64,000 nt of DNA from the NCBI GenBank assembly GCA_030390025.1, contig CM059432.1, positions 63,552,001 through 63,616,000 on the forward strand, in the 5' to 3' direction. The translations under genes and the position numbers were made by a program. The notes under the pieces are model-generated. The model was not told where the DNA came from, searched no databases, and worked only from the letters and a program-made list of their open reading frames with translations. Of the stretch, positions 1 to 12,707 are shown piece after piece. Origin of the DNA: Squalus acanthias. Lineage: Eukaryota. Each line of letters begins with the position of its first letter. Position 1 is the stretch's first letter.

Positions 1-1500
1 AGTTCATCCATGCAGTCTTTGAATGTTTGCCATTGCCTATCCACCGTCAACCCTTTGAGTGACATTCCCCAATCAATCCTACCCAATCGCGCCTCATACC
101 ATCGTAGTTTCCTTTATTTAAATTCAGGACCCTAGTCTCTGATTCAACTACTTCACTCTCCATCTTAATGAAGAATTCTATCATATTATGATCACTCTGA
201 CCCAAGGGGCCTCGTACAACAAGATTGCTAATTAATCCTTTCTCGTTACATAATACCCAGTCTAAGATGACTTGATCTCTGGTTGGTTCCTCGACATATT
301 GTTCCAGAAAACCATCCCATAAACATTCTAGGAATTCCTCCTCCACAGTATTTTTACTAATTTGGTTAGCCCAATCTATATGTAAATTAAAGTCACCCAT
401 GATGACTGCTGTGCCCTTACTGCATGCTTCTCTAATTTCCCTTTTAATGCCATCCCCAACCTCCGTATTACTGTTTGGAGCTCTATATACCACTCCCACT
501 AACGTTTTCTGCCCCTTGTTATTTCTCAGTTCTACCCATACAGATTCCGCATCATCAGAGCTAATATCCTTCCTTTCAATTGTGTTAATCCCCTCTTTAA
601 CCAGCAATGCTACCCCACCTCCCTTCTTTTTTGCCTATCTTTCCTAAATGTTGAATACCCCTGGATGTTGAGTTCCCAGCCTTGGCCACCCTGGAGCCAT
701 GTTTCTGTAATCCCAATCAAATCGTATTCATTTACCTCTATTTGCGCAGCTAATTCATCCACCTTGTTCCGAATGCTCCTTGCATTAAGCCACAAAGCCT
801 TCAGGCTTGTTTTTTTAACGCTCTCAGACCTATATGAATTATTATTTACTGTGACCATGTTTGATTTAAACCGTTGAGTTCTTTGCCTTCTACTTTTGTT
901 TTTCTCCTTCCTGTCTTTTGCTTTTATCCTTGTTTCCCTTTCCTCTGTCTCCCTGCTCAGGTTCCCAACCCCCTGCCACTTTAGTTGAAATTCTCCCCAA
1001 CAGCACTAGCAAACACTCCCCCTAGGACATCGATCCTGGCCCTGCCCAGGTGTAGACCGTCCGGTTTGTACTGGTCCCACCTCCCCCAGAACCGGTTCCA
1101 ATGCCCCAGGAATTTGAATCCCTCCCCCTTGCACCATTCCTCTAGCCACATATTCATTTGAAATATCCTTCTATTTCTACTCTGACTAGCACGTGGCACT
1201 GGTAGCAATCCTGAGATTGCTACCTTTGAGGTCCTATTTTTTAATTTACCTCCTAACTCCCTATATTCTGCTTTTAGGACCTCATCCCATTTTTTACCTA
1301 TATCTTTGGTACCTATATGCACCACGACAACTGGCTGTTCACCCTCCCCTTCCAAAATGCACTGTAGCCGCTCTGAGACATCCTTGACCCTTGCACCAGG
1401 GAGGAAACATACCATCCTGGAGTCTCGTTTGCGGCCGCAGAAACTCCTATCTATTCCCCTTACAATAGAATCCCCTATCACTATAGCTCTCCCACTCTTC
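1..1500 (-). mobile_element. CR1 LINE, 5' part: ORF1 SGNH esterase domain (981-1500) followed by the ORF2 apurinic-like endonuclease (858 to 1, frameshifted)
   Basis: ORF1 motifs AIVIGDSIVRG, CFLPGARVKDV, VVVHIGTKD, DGLHL. ORF2 motifs WLNARSIRNK, IGITETW, VGVVYRAP, IMGDFN, ILDWVL, SDHN. Frameshift near 610-640. Confidence 0.93.
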
Positions 1501-1508
1501 AAAGTAAA

Positions 1509-2267
1509 TCCAAACATATTCCGATCCCTACAGGTGGGTATGCGCTGTGTACTCACCCGTAGGGACATCGGAAATGCTGGTTTCAGGCATGCACTGCACA
1601 TGTGCTGGAAACCGGCATTTCCGATCTGTCAAGCAAGCTCTTGACAGATCCTCCGGCTGCCCGGGAGAAGGGCCTCTGCAGGTGGATAGTTCTGCTTTTT
1701 GGAGACCCTCCGCCCGCAGAAAACCCTTACAATTCTTGCGCCTGGTAAAAGCAGGCATTAGGCCTGCTTTTACCAGGATAAGAGTTGAAAAAAGTAAAAA
1801 AAAACATTTTTTTTCACTGATTTATCATTTAAAAATACTTTAAAAAAGGTAAGTTAATTTTTAGCCCTGTAAAAAACTTTAATTATTTTTTTCAAAAATT
1901 TAAATTTTTGTTTAAAATAGTTAATTTATTGTAATTTCAAGTCATTTTAAAAATGTGATTTAAAAAAAAATTTATTTAAAGTTTTACTATGTTTTGGGGG
2001 TGATCTCCATTCATATATTTGACAGGTCATCCTGTCAAATGTATGAAGAGAGATTCCCTTCTGTGATTGGCTCCCCATGGCCCACGTGATCTTAGGGACG
2101 CTGCAAACTACCTGCGCCTCTGTGATACGTGGGCCCTGCGCGCTGGCAGTTTGGAGAGGACTAGCATCGGAACTGTGCGTGTCCCGGAAGCCCTCAGGTA
2201 AGGGCGCAGATTTTTCCAGATTGCAGCCCTCCGCCCGCGGGAGGCCTGCGATCGGAGTATCTGGGCC
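1509..2267. mobile_element. Non-autonomous DNA element (MITE family A, copy 1, most diverged)
   Basis: Colinear similarity to 38053-38817 and 60478-61238. Ends catattccgatc / gatcggagtatctgggcc are roughly complementary. Confidence 0.8.
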
Positions 2268-2269
2268 AT

Positions 2270-4030
2270 TACAGCTACTGCATTTCTCTTGTCTACTCTT
2301 TCTGTCACTTCTTCAAATAATTCAATAAGGTTTATCAAGCATGATCTTCCCTTTTGAAATCCATGCTGACTATTCTTTATTATATTTTCAGTTTCTAGAT
2401 ATTTTTCTATTATATCTTGAGTAAAGATTTCATCATCTTTCCTACTACCAATGTTAAGCTAACTGGTCTATAGTTCCCTGGATTTGCTCTATCTTCCTTT
2501 TTAAATATAGAAATAACATTAGCTGTCCGCCAATACCCTTTTCGAATAAATTTTTATATAAATGTAAGAGTGCCTCTGCTATCTCTTCCCTAACTTCATT
2601 TAATATGTGCGGATGCAATCCATCTTGTCCAGGGGTTTAATCTTCTCTAAGTTTGATTAGTTTATAAATTATCTCCCCCTTTTCTATCTTAAATGTCCTT
2701 ATATCTATTTTGATCTCTTCTGATATCATACCCACCTTGTTAGTTTTCCTGTTAAATACTGAGGCAAAGTAACTATTCAATATTTCTGCCATTTCGCTGT
2801 CATTACCTGGGAGTTTATCTTGTACATCCTTTAGTGACCCTGTCCCTATCCTGATTTTTCTTTTGTTATTTGTGTCTGTAGAATATATTATTATTTCTTT
2901 TTATATTCCTCGATAATTCAACTTCATAGTTCCTTTTTGCTTTCCTAATTGTTTTTTTTACTTCTTTCCTAACCTCTCCGTATTCCCTTTTGTCATGTTA
3001 TCCTTTATTGTCTATGCACTTCGTGTATGCCTTTTTCTTTAGTTTCAATTTTACCCATATCTCTTTATTCATCCATGGTGTGTCATTATTGGTTAGTTTG
3101 TTCTTGATTTTTAGCAGAATATATTTCTCCTGAAATCTGTTGATCACGGTTTTAAATATTTCCACTGCTTTCTATCTCTTTGACTGTCAAAATGTTTTTA
3201 CATAGGAACATAGAACATAGAAAAATAGGAGCAGGAGTAGGCCATTCGGCCCTTCGAGCCTGCTCCGCCATTCAATATGATCATGGCTGATCCTCTATCT
3301 CAATACCATATTCCCGCTCTCTCCCCATACCCCTTGATGCCTTTGGTGTCTAGAAATCTATATCTCTTTCTTAAATATATTCAGTGACTTGGCCTCCACA
3401 GCCTTCTGTGGTAGAGAATTCCACAGGTTCACCACCCTCTGAGTGAAGAAATTTCTCCTCATCTCAGTCCTAAATGTCCTACCCCGTATCCTGAGACTGT
3501 GACCCCTCGTTCTAGAACCCCCAGCCAGGGGAAACATCCTCCCTGCATCCAGTCTGTCTAGCCCCATCAGAATTTTATAGTTTTCAAGTTTACCTTCCCT
3601 AGTTCCATTCTCATCCCCTCAAAATTAGCTTTTTTCCAATCTATTACTTTGGTCTTTGTCTGTCTTATTTATGTCTTTCTCAATCATTATTTTAAACCTT
3701 ATCATGTTATGATCACTATTGCTCAGACGTTCACCTACGCTTACTTCTCTTATCTGCTCTGATTCATTTCCCATTACTAGACCCAGTAGTGGTTCCTCTC
3801 TTGTTGGGCTTCTTATGTTCTGTGTAAGAAAGGAGTCCTGAACACACTGTAAGAACTCCATTCCCTTTTCCCCTTTCCCTACCTCTTTTTGCCAGTTTAT
3901 TTTGGGGTAGATGAAGTCTTCATGATTATTATTCTATTTCTTTTAGTCATTTCATAGATTTGCCTACATATTTGTTCCTCCACTTCCCTTCCATTATTAG
4001 GTGGTCTGTAGATTACCCCTATTAATGTGA
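2270..4030 (-). mobile_element. Decayed CR1 LINE ORF2 (endonuclease to RT), interrupted by a younger CR1
   Basis: EFLQCVQDSFLTQNIRSPTREEPLLGLV...SDHNMIRF, NYRPVSL-like sequence and LINLIELFEEVTERVD. Many stops. Confidence 0.85.
3198..3585 (-). mobile_element. 5'-truncated CR1 3' end nested in the older CR1
   Basis: GLDRLDAGRMFPLAGGSRTRGHSLRI...FFTQRVVNLWNSLP, with a (CATAGAA)n tail at 3201-3222. Confidence 0.9.
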
Positions 4031-4477
4031 TCTGCCTCTCCATCACTTCTCTCAACCTCTCAACTGTGTCCATGCTGTCAGACTGCTTGTCTTACATTAT
4101 GTCCTAGATGAGTCACAATGTCAACATTGGGAAGATCGAAGCCATTGGCCCGTAATTTGCAGCCAGTGGTGAAGTGACGGTGATCGCCGCTGACCTCAAA
4201 GAAACCTGACCACAAAGATCTAACAATCTCTGTGGCATCAATTTCAGCTCTCCCGACCTCAGTTTGAATCTGGGGTCGAATCAAGTGAATCACCAGCATC
4301 CAGCAGCAGTGATGGCATCAAGCTGGCTAAGCGGCCAATCACATTGAAGAATTCTCACGGACAGCAGACCAGGAAGTAAAATGTACATATTATAATTTAC
4401 TTTTAATAAATTTTACAGAGAGCAAAATAAAGATTGGGACATATATGTAGGATTAAGGTAGAAGCTGAAATATAGAG

Positions 4478-5733
4478 AAATCATAGAATCATAGAATGGT
4501 TACAGCACAGAAGGAGGCCATTCGGCCCGTCGAGCCCATGCCGGCTCTCTGCAAGAGCACTTCAGCTAGTCCCACTCCGCCGCCCTTTCCCCGTAGCCCT
4601 GCAAATTTTTTTTTCTTCAGGTACTTATCCAATTCCCTTTTGAAAGTCGTCATTGAGTCTGCCTCCACCACCCTTTCAGTCAGTGCATTCCCGATCCTAA
4701 CCACTCGCTGCGTAAAAAAGTTTTTCCTCGTGTTGCCTTTGATTCTTCTGCCAATCACCTTAAATCTGTGTCCTCTGGTTCTCGACCCTTCCGCCAATGG
4801 GAACAGTTTCTCTCTATCGACTCTGTCTAGACCCCTCATGATTTTGAACACCTCTATCAAATCTCCTCTCAACCTTCTCTGCTCTAAGGAGAACAACCCC
4901 AGCTTCTCCAGTCTATCCACATAACTGAAGTCCCTCATCCCTGGAACCATTCTTGTAAATCTCTTCTGCACCCTCCCTAAGGCCTTCACATCCTTCCTAA
5001 AGTGCGGCACCCACAATTGGACACAATACTCCAGTTGAGGCCGAACCAGTGTTTTATAAACATTCATCATAACTTCCTTGCGTTTGTACTCTATGCCTCT
5101 ATTTATGAAGCCCAGGATCCCGTATGCTTTGTTAACCGCTTGCTCAACCTACCCTGCCACCTTCAATGATTTGTGCACATATACCCCAAGGTCTCTCTGT
5201 TCATGCACCACCTTAAGAATTGTACTCTTCAGTTTATATTGCCTCTCCTCATTCTTCCTACCAAAATGTATCACATCGCACTTTTCTGCGTTAAATTTCA
5301 TCTGCCACGTGTCCGCCTATTCCACCAGCCTGTCTATGTCTTCTTGAAGTCTATCTCTATCCTCCTCACTGTTCACTATACTTCCAAGTTTTGTGTCATC
5401 TGCAAATTTTGAAATTGTGCCCTGTACACCCAAGTCTAAGTCATTAATATATATCAAGAAAAGCAGTGGTCCTAGTACCGACCTCTGGGGAACACCACTG
5501 TATACCTTCCTCCAGTCTGAAAAACAACCGTTCACCTCTGCTCTGTTTCCTGTCATTTAGCCAATTTTGTAACCATGCTGCCATTGTCCCTTTTATTCCA
5601 TGAGCTTCAAATTTACTGGCAAGCCTATTGTGTGGCACTTTATCAAATGCGTTTTGGAAGTCCATGTACACCACATCAATCGCATTGCCCTCATAAACCC
5701 TCTCTGTTACCTCATCAAAAAGCTCAATCAAGT
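4478..5733 (-). mobile_element. CR1 LINE 3' part (RT and C-terminus)
   Basis: YMDFQNAFDKVPH, GVPQRSVLGPLLFLIYIND, KFADDTK, LVRPQLEYC, TRGHRFK, and a (TCATAGAA)n tail. Confidence 0.93.
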
Positions 5734-5735
5734 TA

Positions 5736-8009
5736 TTTTTTATTCATTCATGGGATGTGGGCGTCGCTGGCAAGGCAAGCATTTATTGCCCATCCCTAAT
5801 TGCCCTTGAGAAGGTGGTGGTGAGCTGCCTTCTTGAATTGCTGCAGTCCGTGTGGTGAGGGTACTCCCACAGTGCTGTTAGGGAGGGAGTTCCAGGATTT
5901 TGACCCAACGATGATGAAGGATCGGCGATATATTTCCAAATCAGGATGGTGTGTGACTTGGAGGGGAACTTGGAGGTGGTGGTGTTCCCATGTGCCTGCT
6001 GCCCTTGTCCTTCTAGGTGGTGGAGGTCGCGGGTTTGGGAGGTGCTGCCGAAGAAGCCTTGGCGAGTTGCTGCAGTGCATCTTGTAGGTGGTACACACTG
6101 CAGCCATGGTACGCCAGTGGTGGAGGGAGTGAATGTTTAAGGTGGGTGGATGGGGTGCCAATCAAGCGGCTGCTTTGTCCTGGATGGTGTTGGAGCTTCT
6201 TGAGTGTTGTTGGAGCTGCACTCATCCAGGCAAGTGGAGAGTATTCCATCACACTCCTTACTTATGCCTTGTAGATGGTGGAAAGGCTTTGGGGAGTCAG
6301 GAGGTGAGACACTCTCCGCAGAATACCCAGCCTCTGACCTGATCTTGTTGCCACAGTATTTATGTGGCTGGTCCAGTTAAGTTTCTGGTCAATGGTGACC
6401 CCCAGGATGTTGATGGTGGTGGATTCGGCGATGGTAATGCTGTTGAATGTCAAGGGGTGGTAGTTAGACTCGCGCTTGTTGGAGATAGTCATTGCCTGGC
6501 ACTTGTGTGCCGCGATTGTTACCTGCCACTTATCAGCCCAAGGCTGAATGTTGTCCAGGTCTTGTTGCATGCGGCCATAGACTGCTTCATTATCTAAGGA
6601 GTTGTGAATGGCACCACAACCATCTTCCTTTGTGCTAGGTATGACTCCAGCCACTGGAGAGTTATCCCCCCGATTCCCATTGACTTCAGTTTTACTAGGG
6701 CTACTTGATGCCACACTTGGTCAAATGTTGCCTTGATGTCACTCTCACCTCACCTCTGGAATTCAGCTCCTTTGTCCATGTTTGGACCAAGGCTGTAATG
6801 AGGTCTGCAGCTGAGTGTTCCTGACGGAACCCAAACTGAGCATCGGTGAGCAGGTTATTGGTGAGTAAGTGCCGCATGATAGCACTGTTGACGACACCTT
6901 CCATCACTTTGCTGATGATTGAGAGTAGACTGATGGGTGGTAATTGGCCAGATTGGATTTGTCCTGCTTCTTGTAGACAGGACATACCTGGGCAGTTTTT
7001 CACATTGTCGGATGTTTGCCAGTGTTTTAGCTGTACTGAAACATCTTGGCTAGAGCCGCAGCTAGTTCTGGAGCACAAGTCTTCAGCACAACAGCGGGAT
7101 GTTGTCGGGGCCCATAGCCTTAGATGTATCCAGTGCGCTCAGCCGTTTCTTGATATCACATAGAGTGAATTGAATTGGCTGAAGACTAGCTTCTGTGAAG
7201 GTGTGGACCTCAGGAGGAGGCCGATATGGATCATCCACTCGGCACTTCTGGCTGAAGATGGTTGTCTTTTGTACTCACGTGCTGGGCTCCACCATCATTG
7301 AGGATGGGGATATTCATGGAGCCTCCTCCTCCACCACCATTCATGACTGGATGTGGCAGGACTGCAGAGCTTTGATCTGATCCATTGACTGTGGGATCAT
7401 TTAGCCCTGTCTATAGCATGCTGCTTCCGCTTTTTAGCATGCATGTAGTCCTGTGTTGCAGCTTCCCCAGATTGGCACCTCATTTTTAGGTACGCCTGGT
7501 GCTGCTCCTGGCATGCTCTTCTACACTCCTTATTGAACCAGGGTTGGTCCCCTGGCTTGATGGTAATGGTAGAGTGAGGAATATGCCGGGCCATGAGGTT
7601 ACAGATTGTGGTGGAATACAATTCTGCTGCTGCTGATGGCCCACAGCGCCTCATGGATGCCCAGTTTTGAGCTGCTAGATCTGTTCTGAATCTGTCCCAT
7701 TTGGCACGGTGGTAGTGCCACACAACGCGATGGAGGGTGTCTTCAGTGTGAAGACGTGACTTCCTCTCCACAATGACTGTGTGGTAGTCATTGCTAACAG
7801 TGCTGTCATGGACAGATTTATCTGTGACAGGTAGATTGGTGAGGACGAGGTCAAGTAGGTTTTTCTCTTGTGTTGGTTCTCTCACTACCTGTCACAGGCC
7901 CAGACTCACAGCTATATCCTTTAGTACTTGGCCAGCTTGGTCAGTAGTGGTGCTACCGAGCCACTCTTAGTGATGGACATTGAAGTCCCCCACCCAGAGT
8001 AAATTCTGT
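5736..8009 (-). mobile_element. CR1-superfamily LINE family B with internal deletions
   Basis: REPTQEKNLLDLVLTN, ISLLSIISKVMEG, QFGFRQ, MEYSPLAW. 3' UTR ends ...cccatgaatgaataaaaa. Confidence 0.9.
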
Positions 8010-8423
8010 ACCATCGCCGAATCCCCCACCATCAATATCCTGGGAGGTCACCATTGACCAGAAACTTAACTGGACCAGCCACATAAATACTGTGGCAACA
8101 AGAGCAGGTCAGAGGATGGATATTCTGCGGTGAGTGTCTCACCTCCTGACTCCCCAAAGCCTCTCCACCATCTACAAGGCACAAGTTAGGAGTGTGATGG
8201 AATAATCTCCACTTGCCTGGATGAGTGCAGCTCCAACAACACTCAAGAAGCTCGACACCATCCAAGACAAAGCAGCCCGCTTGATTGGCACCCCATCCAC
8301 CATCTTAAACATTCACTCCATTCACCACCGGCATACCGTGGCTGCAGTGTGTACCATCTAAAAGATGCACTGCAGCAACTCGCCAAGGCTTCTTCGGCAG
8401 CACCTCCCAAACCCGCGACCTCT
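8009..8423 (+). mobile_element. LINE family B fragment in inverted orientation, truncated at the palindrome
   Basis: Homologous to about 6020-6435 on the opposite strand. Stops abruptly at ccaaacccgcgacctct. Confidence 0.88.
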
Positions 8424-8680
8424 TCCCCTTTTCCTGGATCGCATTTGTTCAAAATAACTGAACATAATTTTAATCCAATATTCTATTATCCTGTTACTTA
8501 AACTTTATGTTGAACCTTTAGTATTCCACCTGTTCCTGCATAGGTGATGGAATTAATCCGTCACTATAACAACAACAGCCTACATTTATATATGATGCGG
8601 AGGTGCCGGTGTTGGACTGGGGTGGACAAAAGTGAGAAGTCGCACAACACCAGGTTATAGTCCAACAGTTTTATTTGAAA

Positions 8681-8718
8681 TCACAAGCTTTCGGAGCTGC
8701 TGCCCCTTCGTCAGGTGA
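8681..8718 (-). ncRNA. Minimal type I hammerhead ribozyme motif (mirror copy)
   Basis: Exact reverse complement of 9032-9069. Confidence 0.75.
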
Positions 8719-9031
8719 AGTAAAGGAATACGAATCGACAACGCATATATAGATAGAGAACAATGCATGTGTAGCGTACAATGCCAGATGACTACATTTA
8801 ATCCTCCTGATTGCCTTTCGTTACACCTCGGCAGAGAAACAATCAGGTCAGCCAGGAAGGCACCACATCAAAGACATATTGATGTGGTGCCTTCCTGGCT
8901 GACCTGATTGTTTCTCTGCCGAGGTGTAACGAAAGGCAATCAGGAGGATTAAATGTAGTCATCTGGCATTGTACGCTACACATGCATTGTTCTCTATCTA
9001 TATATGCGTTGTCGATTCGTATTCCTTTACT

Positions 9032-9069
9032 TCACCTGACGAAGGGGCAGCAGCTCCGAAAGCTTGTGA
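9032..9069 (+). ncRNA. Minimal type I hammerhead ribozyme motif
   Basis: tcac-CTGACGA-a-GGGGC agca GCTCC-GAAA-gc-TT-gtga. Helix I is tcac/gtga, helix II is 5 bp, and helix III is minimal with palindromic AGCT. Confidence 0.75.
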
Positions 9070-9879
9070 TTTCAAATAAAACTGTTGGACTATAACCTGG
9101 TGTTGTGCGACTTCTCACTTTTGTCCACCCCAGTCCAACACCGGCACCTCCGCATCATATATAAATATAGGCTGTTGTTGTTACAGTGACGGATTAATTC
9201 CATCACCTATGCAAGAACAGGTGGAATACTAGAGGTTCAACATAAAGTTTAAGTAACAGGATAATAGAATATTGGATTAAAATTATGTTCAGTTATTTTG
9301 AACAAATGCGATCCAGGAAAAGGGGAAGCAGACAGAAAAGTGCAGAGCACTGAAACATTGAATGATCAGTCCGTCATTAGGCATTACCTATTGTTTAGTA
9401 AGGTTTTGAGTTGACTGGAGGATACTCAGCAATGTTACAGCAAAAGGCTTTTACCCACTTCTGTTCAGGTGTTCTTTATCTACTTTTCTTTGGCTTCTAC
9501 CCATAGGTGTTTCTAGGAAGAGCAAGGATCGAGGGATATGGTGATGGTGGTTAGGTGGGTCAGTTAATTCAAATGAGATTGGTTTGTTGGGCCTAATGAT
9601 TGCTTTCTCTTCCTAAAACATGTTGGGACATGTTTTACACTCCTGGCTGTAGAAATGTTAATATCCCCATTTCTCAAGTTCATTTGGCCAACATTCTTCC
9701 ATGTGAAATACCTTTTATTACTTTGGCATTAATGTTAAAATCAAACATCTGGCCAATCCCTACTTAACGCTGACAACCTTAGATTTACATTTAACATCCA
9801 CTGAATGCTATATGTAACACTCACTGCCATTAACCCAGCAACAGAGAGCACATTTTTAAGGCTACTGCGTCTCAGCCGT

Positions 9880-11420
9880 GAACACAGAAAGCCTTTTCAC
9901 AGACAGGCTCTGTCTGAACTTGTGGATGTGGTGCTTGAATGGAGAGAGACTCTTTAGATAAGTAGGAATCATCACCAATTCCAGATATGAATGTTGAATG
10001 TTGCTGAGAGGGTGAATGTTGTGTCCTTGATCCACAGACAACAAATGAGACCAGGAAGAATTACAATGACTTGCGCAAAGGTGTGAAGATAAGCTAACAC
10101 TAAAACATAAAAATGGGTCAACGAGCAGATATGGATTGTAAAGTTATTTATGACAAGCTGCTTTGAATGTAAACATCCTGTTACCATCATTACATGAGTT
10201 AAATAAGGTTGCACAGTTAAAATTAATAGGCAAGTGGACTACACATAATGCAAGCACCCAGAAAGGTGGAAAGCTCAACCTGGATGTTACTATAATTTCA
10301 TATTTTCAAAAATGGCAGATGAATGTCTGGAAATGAAGAGCGAGATGTTATATGGGACAAACTATGGACCCTCTTTGTTATTCATGTCCTGTTTGAATTA
10401 TATCTGTGTACTTTCTTTTTTTGAAAGAAGTTAATATTTGGTTTATTCTATGTGAAGCTGCTTTACAAGCCAGAGCCAGCAGTGAGACTGGAGGGGTAAA
10501 GTTCTAGGAGAAGATTGTGCTGACCTACCGAGTTTATTGAGCTTAAGACCCTTTTAACAGTAGAATCTCTTGAGGTGGTATCTCTACGCCAAATATCAAC
10601 AGAATCCAGACAGTAAACAAAAATATTCACACTGTATGTACTGCCTTGACTGCGCAGTTATATTAATATGCTCTCCATTGTCTCATTCACTCTCTTCGCA
10701 GGTGAAGAGCCCAGCTAAGTGGTCACTACCACCTCCCAGGAGCAAGAGGCATGGCAGCAGGAGGAGTGTTCCCCTCCTTACTTCATAGGAGGACAGAATC
10801 ATCTATTTCACAATTTAGGGAGCTACATCATGATTCAGTCAGTAAAGATCAGAGCACTATTGTATGAGTGTTAACAGAGGAATAGGGTTATTTGTTCCTA
10901 CATTACAACAGTGACTACACTTCAAAAGTACTTCATTGGCTGTAAAGTACTTTGTGATGTCCTGAGGTCGTGAAAGGTGCTATAAAAATGCAAGTCTTTC
11001 TTTCTTCTTTTATAGGAATGCACAGGACCAGAAAAGACCATTTAAATCCAACTGGTCCCAGAGTTCAAAACTGGAATACACATTACACTACCCCTCAATT
11101 GATTTTCTTGTCAAATGCCTGCCCAATTCACTCATGATTACTGTTACTTGATTGCCTCCCTGAGTAGTCTATTTCAAACATCCACCACTGTCTATATGCC
11201 TGATTTGTCCAATTATCTTTCTTTTCAAAGTGGCACAGAGATATTGAGCAGAGGTCCACCCAATCTGAATCTTCTCCAGACACATTTAAGAAGCAGGCCT
11301 TTCAGTGACCCATTTGAGTAGAGCATGCTGGGCCATGTGTATGCTGCATCTATCTCAATTGTCTCCACAGGAAACATGATATGGCAATGTCTGGATGCTC
11401 TGAAAAAGGTATTGAGCATC
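9880..11420 (+). pseudogene. Ancient Harbinger-type Myb/SANT gene relic
   Basis: Across frameshifts it reads ALSELVDVVLEWRETL...NVAERVNVVSLIHR/TTNETRKNYNDLRK, then a gt donor at 10081. ETGG-like motif near 10485 and an acceptor near 10701. Downstream extent uncertain. Confidence 0.5.
10893..11010 (+). mobile_element. 3' fragment of Deu-domain SINE
   Basis: Matches the 3' end of 37497-37885 (ttacaacagtgactacacttcaaaagtacttcattggctgtaaag...aatgcaagtctttc). Confidence 0.8.
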
Positions 11421-11555
11421 CTAAATTACATGGTTAAGGTGATTGAAGAAGATTCTCCAGCCTGAGGTCTGATGTGTAGCAAATGTCAGCCCTTATAACA
11501 TGTGCATATTGTGAGGGGGAAAGCTCCTGCAGTGTAAGGGAAGATAACACACACG

Positions 11556-11924
11556 GGCCTAGAAATTGGATCGTGCAGCGCCTGTTTCTCAAGTGAAAAA
11601 TGGGTGCCCAAGAGCCCATTATGACGTGTAACATTCGCACACTCCATCCATGCCAGGAAAGCTCCACATGCCAATTTGGTTAGGATGCCCTGGAGTCATC
11701 CAGGTCTCTCACATGAAACAAGCGTCAGACCCATTGCCTGTGCAAATGAAGGACCTGTTCCTGGCCCCTTTCCGAAATTGGATTGTGACTAACCACAGCA
11801 TTTGCCGTGCATGCTGCGGTAGGTTTTTTCAGGCCCAAATCAGCCAAACCAACAGTCCTTAAAGTTCTAATATCGGGTTGGACATCTTTCAGCTGTACCC
11901 TGAAATAGGTCCAATTTCTACCCC
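11556..11924. mobile_element. Harbinger-like MITE
   Basis: TIRs ggcctagaaattgg / ccaatttctacccc. Confidence 0.65.
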
Positions 11925-12707
11925 AATGTGTAAGCAGCTGAAATGAGGCACTTTACCAAAACTTAAGGACTGAAAGTTCATTCCATGGCTGAGGAGTGAA
12001 TAGTGGGTGTAATCAAATGCTCTGAGCAGGGAGCTGCGCTCTCAGAGAGCACATTCTGAGAAATTATGGGCATACAGTTCATGAGTCCCAGAGATTAATT
12101 CGCTGCCAGCACTGCACCCACTAGATCATGGAATCATTCCTAATATTTGTCAGTAATTGCAGCAGCTGGGCTACAATGTTAAGTGCAGCTCACTCATGAA
12201 GACACTTGAAGACTCAGTAATGCAGCCAAAAAAACACAGTTTGAGATATTGAGCCAAATGGCTGTCACAGCATAAATGAGAAAACCCTTCAAAATGAGAC
12301 TGCTGTGTCCAAGACTAGGTGTACCTGGATTGAAGTGTGAGAAAGGCCATTTAACTTGAAAAAAGCACCAAAATAAGCCTAGGAAGCTGCAAAATATGTT
12401 GGGGGAGAAATTGGCGAACTATTGAAAGTGGGCGCAGGGATCGTGGTGTGTGATTAACCCACGCCCGTTCATTGTGATGCAGGCAGCATGTTAAATTCAT
12501 GCTGCCTTCAGTTTTAAATGATTGCTGTGTGCAGCTAACGCTACCCACGCTGTTCATTGGCTGCACGCATAAGCAGGCAGCCCGACATCGCGAGTAGCTA
12601 ACGCTACTTAAAGGCAGCCAGCACCTCTTAAAGGGGAGGTGCAATGTGGATGGAATAGGTGGTGGGAGTCCTTTGTGAACTGAATCTGTGTTGTCAAAGA
12701 TTGAAGA

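Larger units (their letters stand above)
8592..9158. mobile_element. Two head-to-head Penelope-like element 3' termini (pLTR fragments, about 280 bp each)
   Basis: Hammerhead core followed by AATAAA and the terminal motif ctgttggactataacctggtgttgtg...ccagtccaacaccggcacctcc, which I recall from fish/shark PLE ends (not searched). Confidence 0.75.
8422..9328. repeat. Long inverted repeat: 450-bp arms, 7-nt spacer (8872-8878), 4 mismatches, no indels
   Basis: Base-by-base comparison of 8422-8871 with the reverse complement of 8879-9328. Confidence 0.97.

Noticed and set aside
981..1601. 206-aa standalone esterase gene
   Set aside because: It is CR1 ORF1, with the N-terminal ~35 aa read through from the adjacent MITE.
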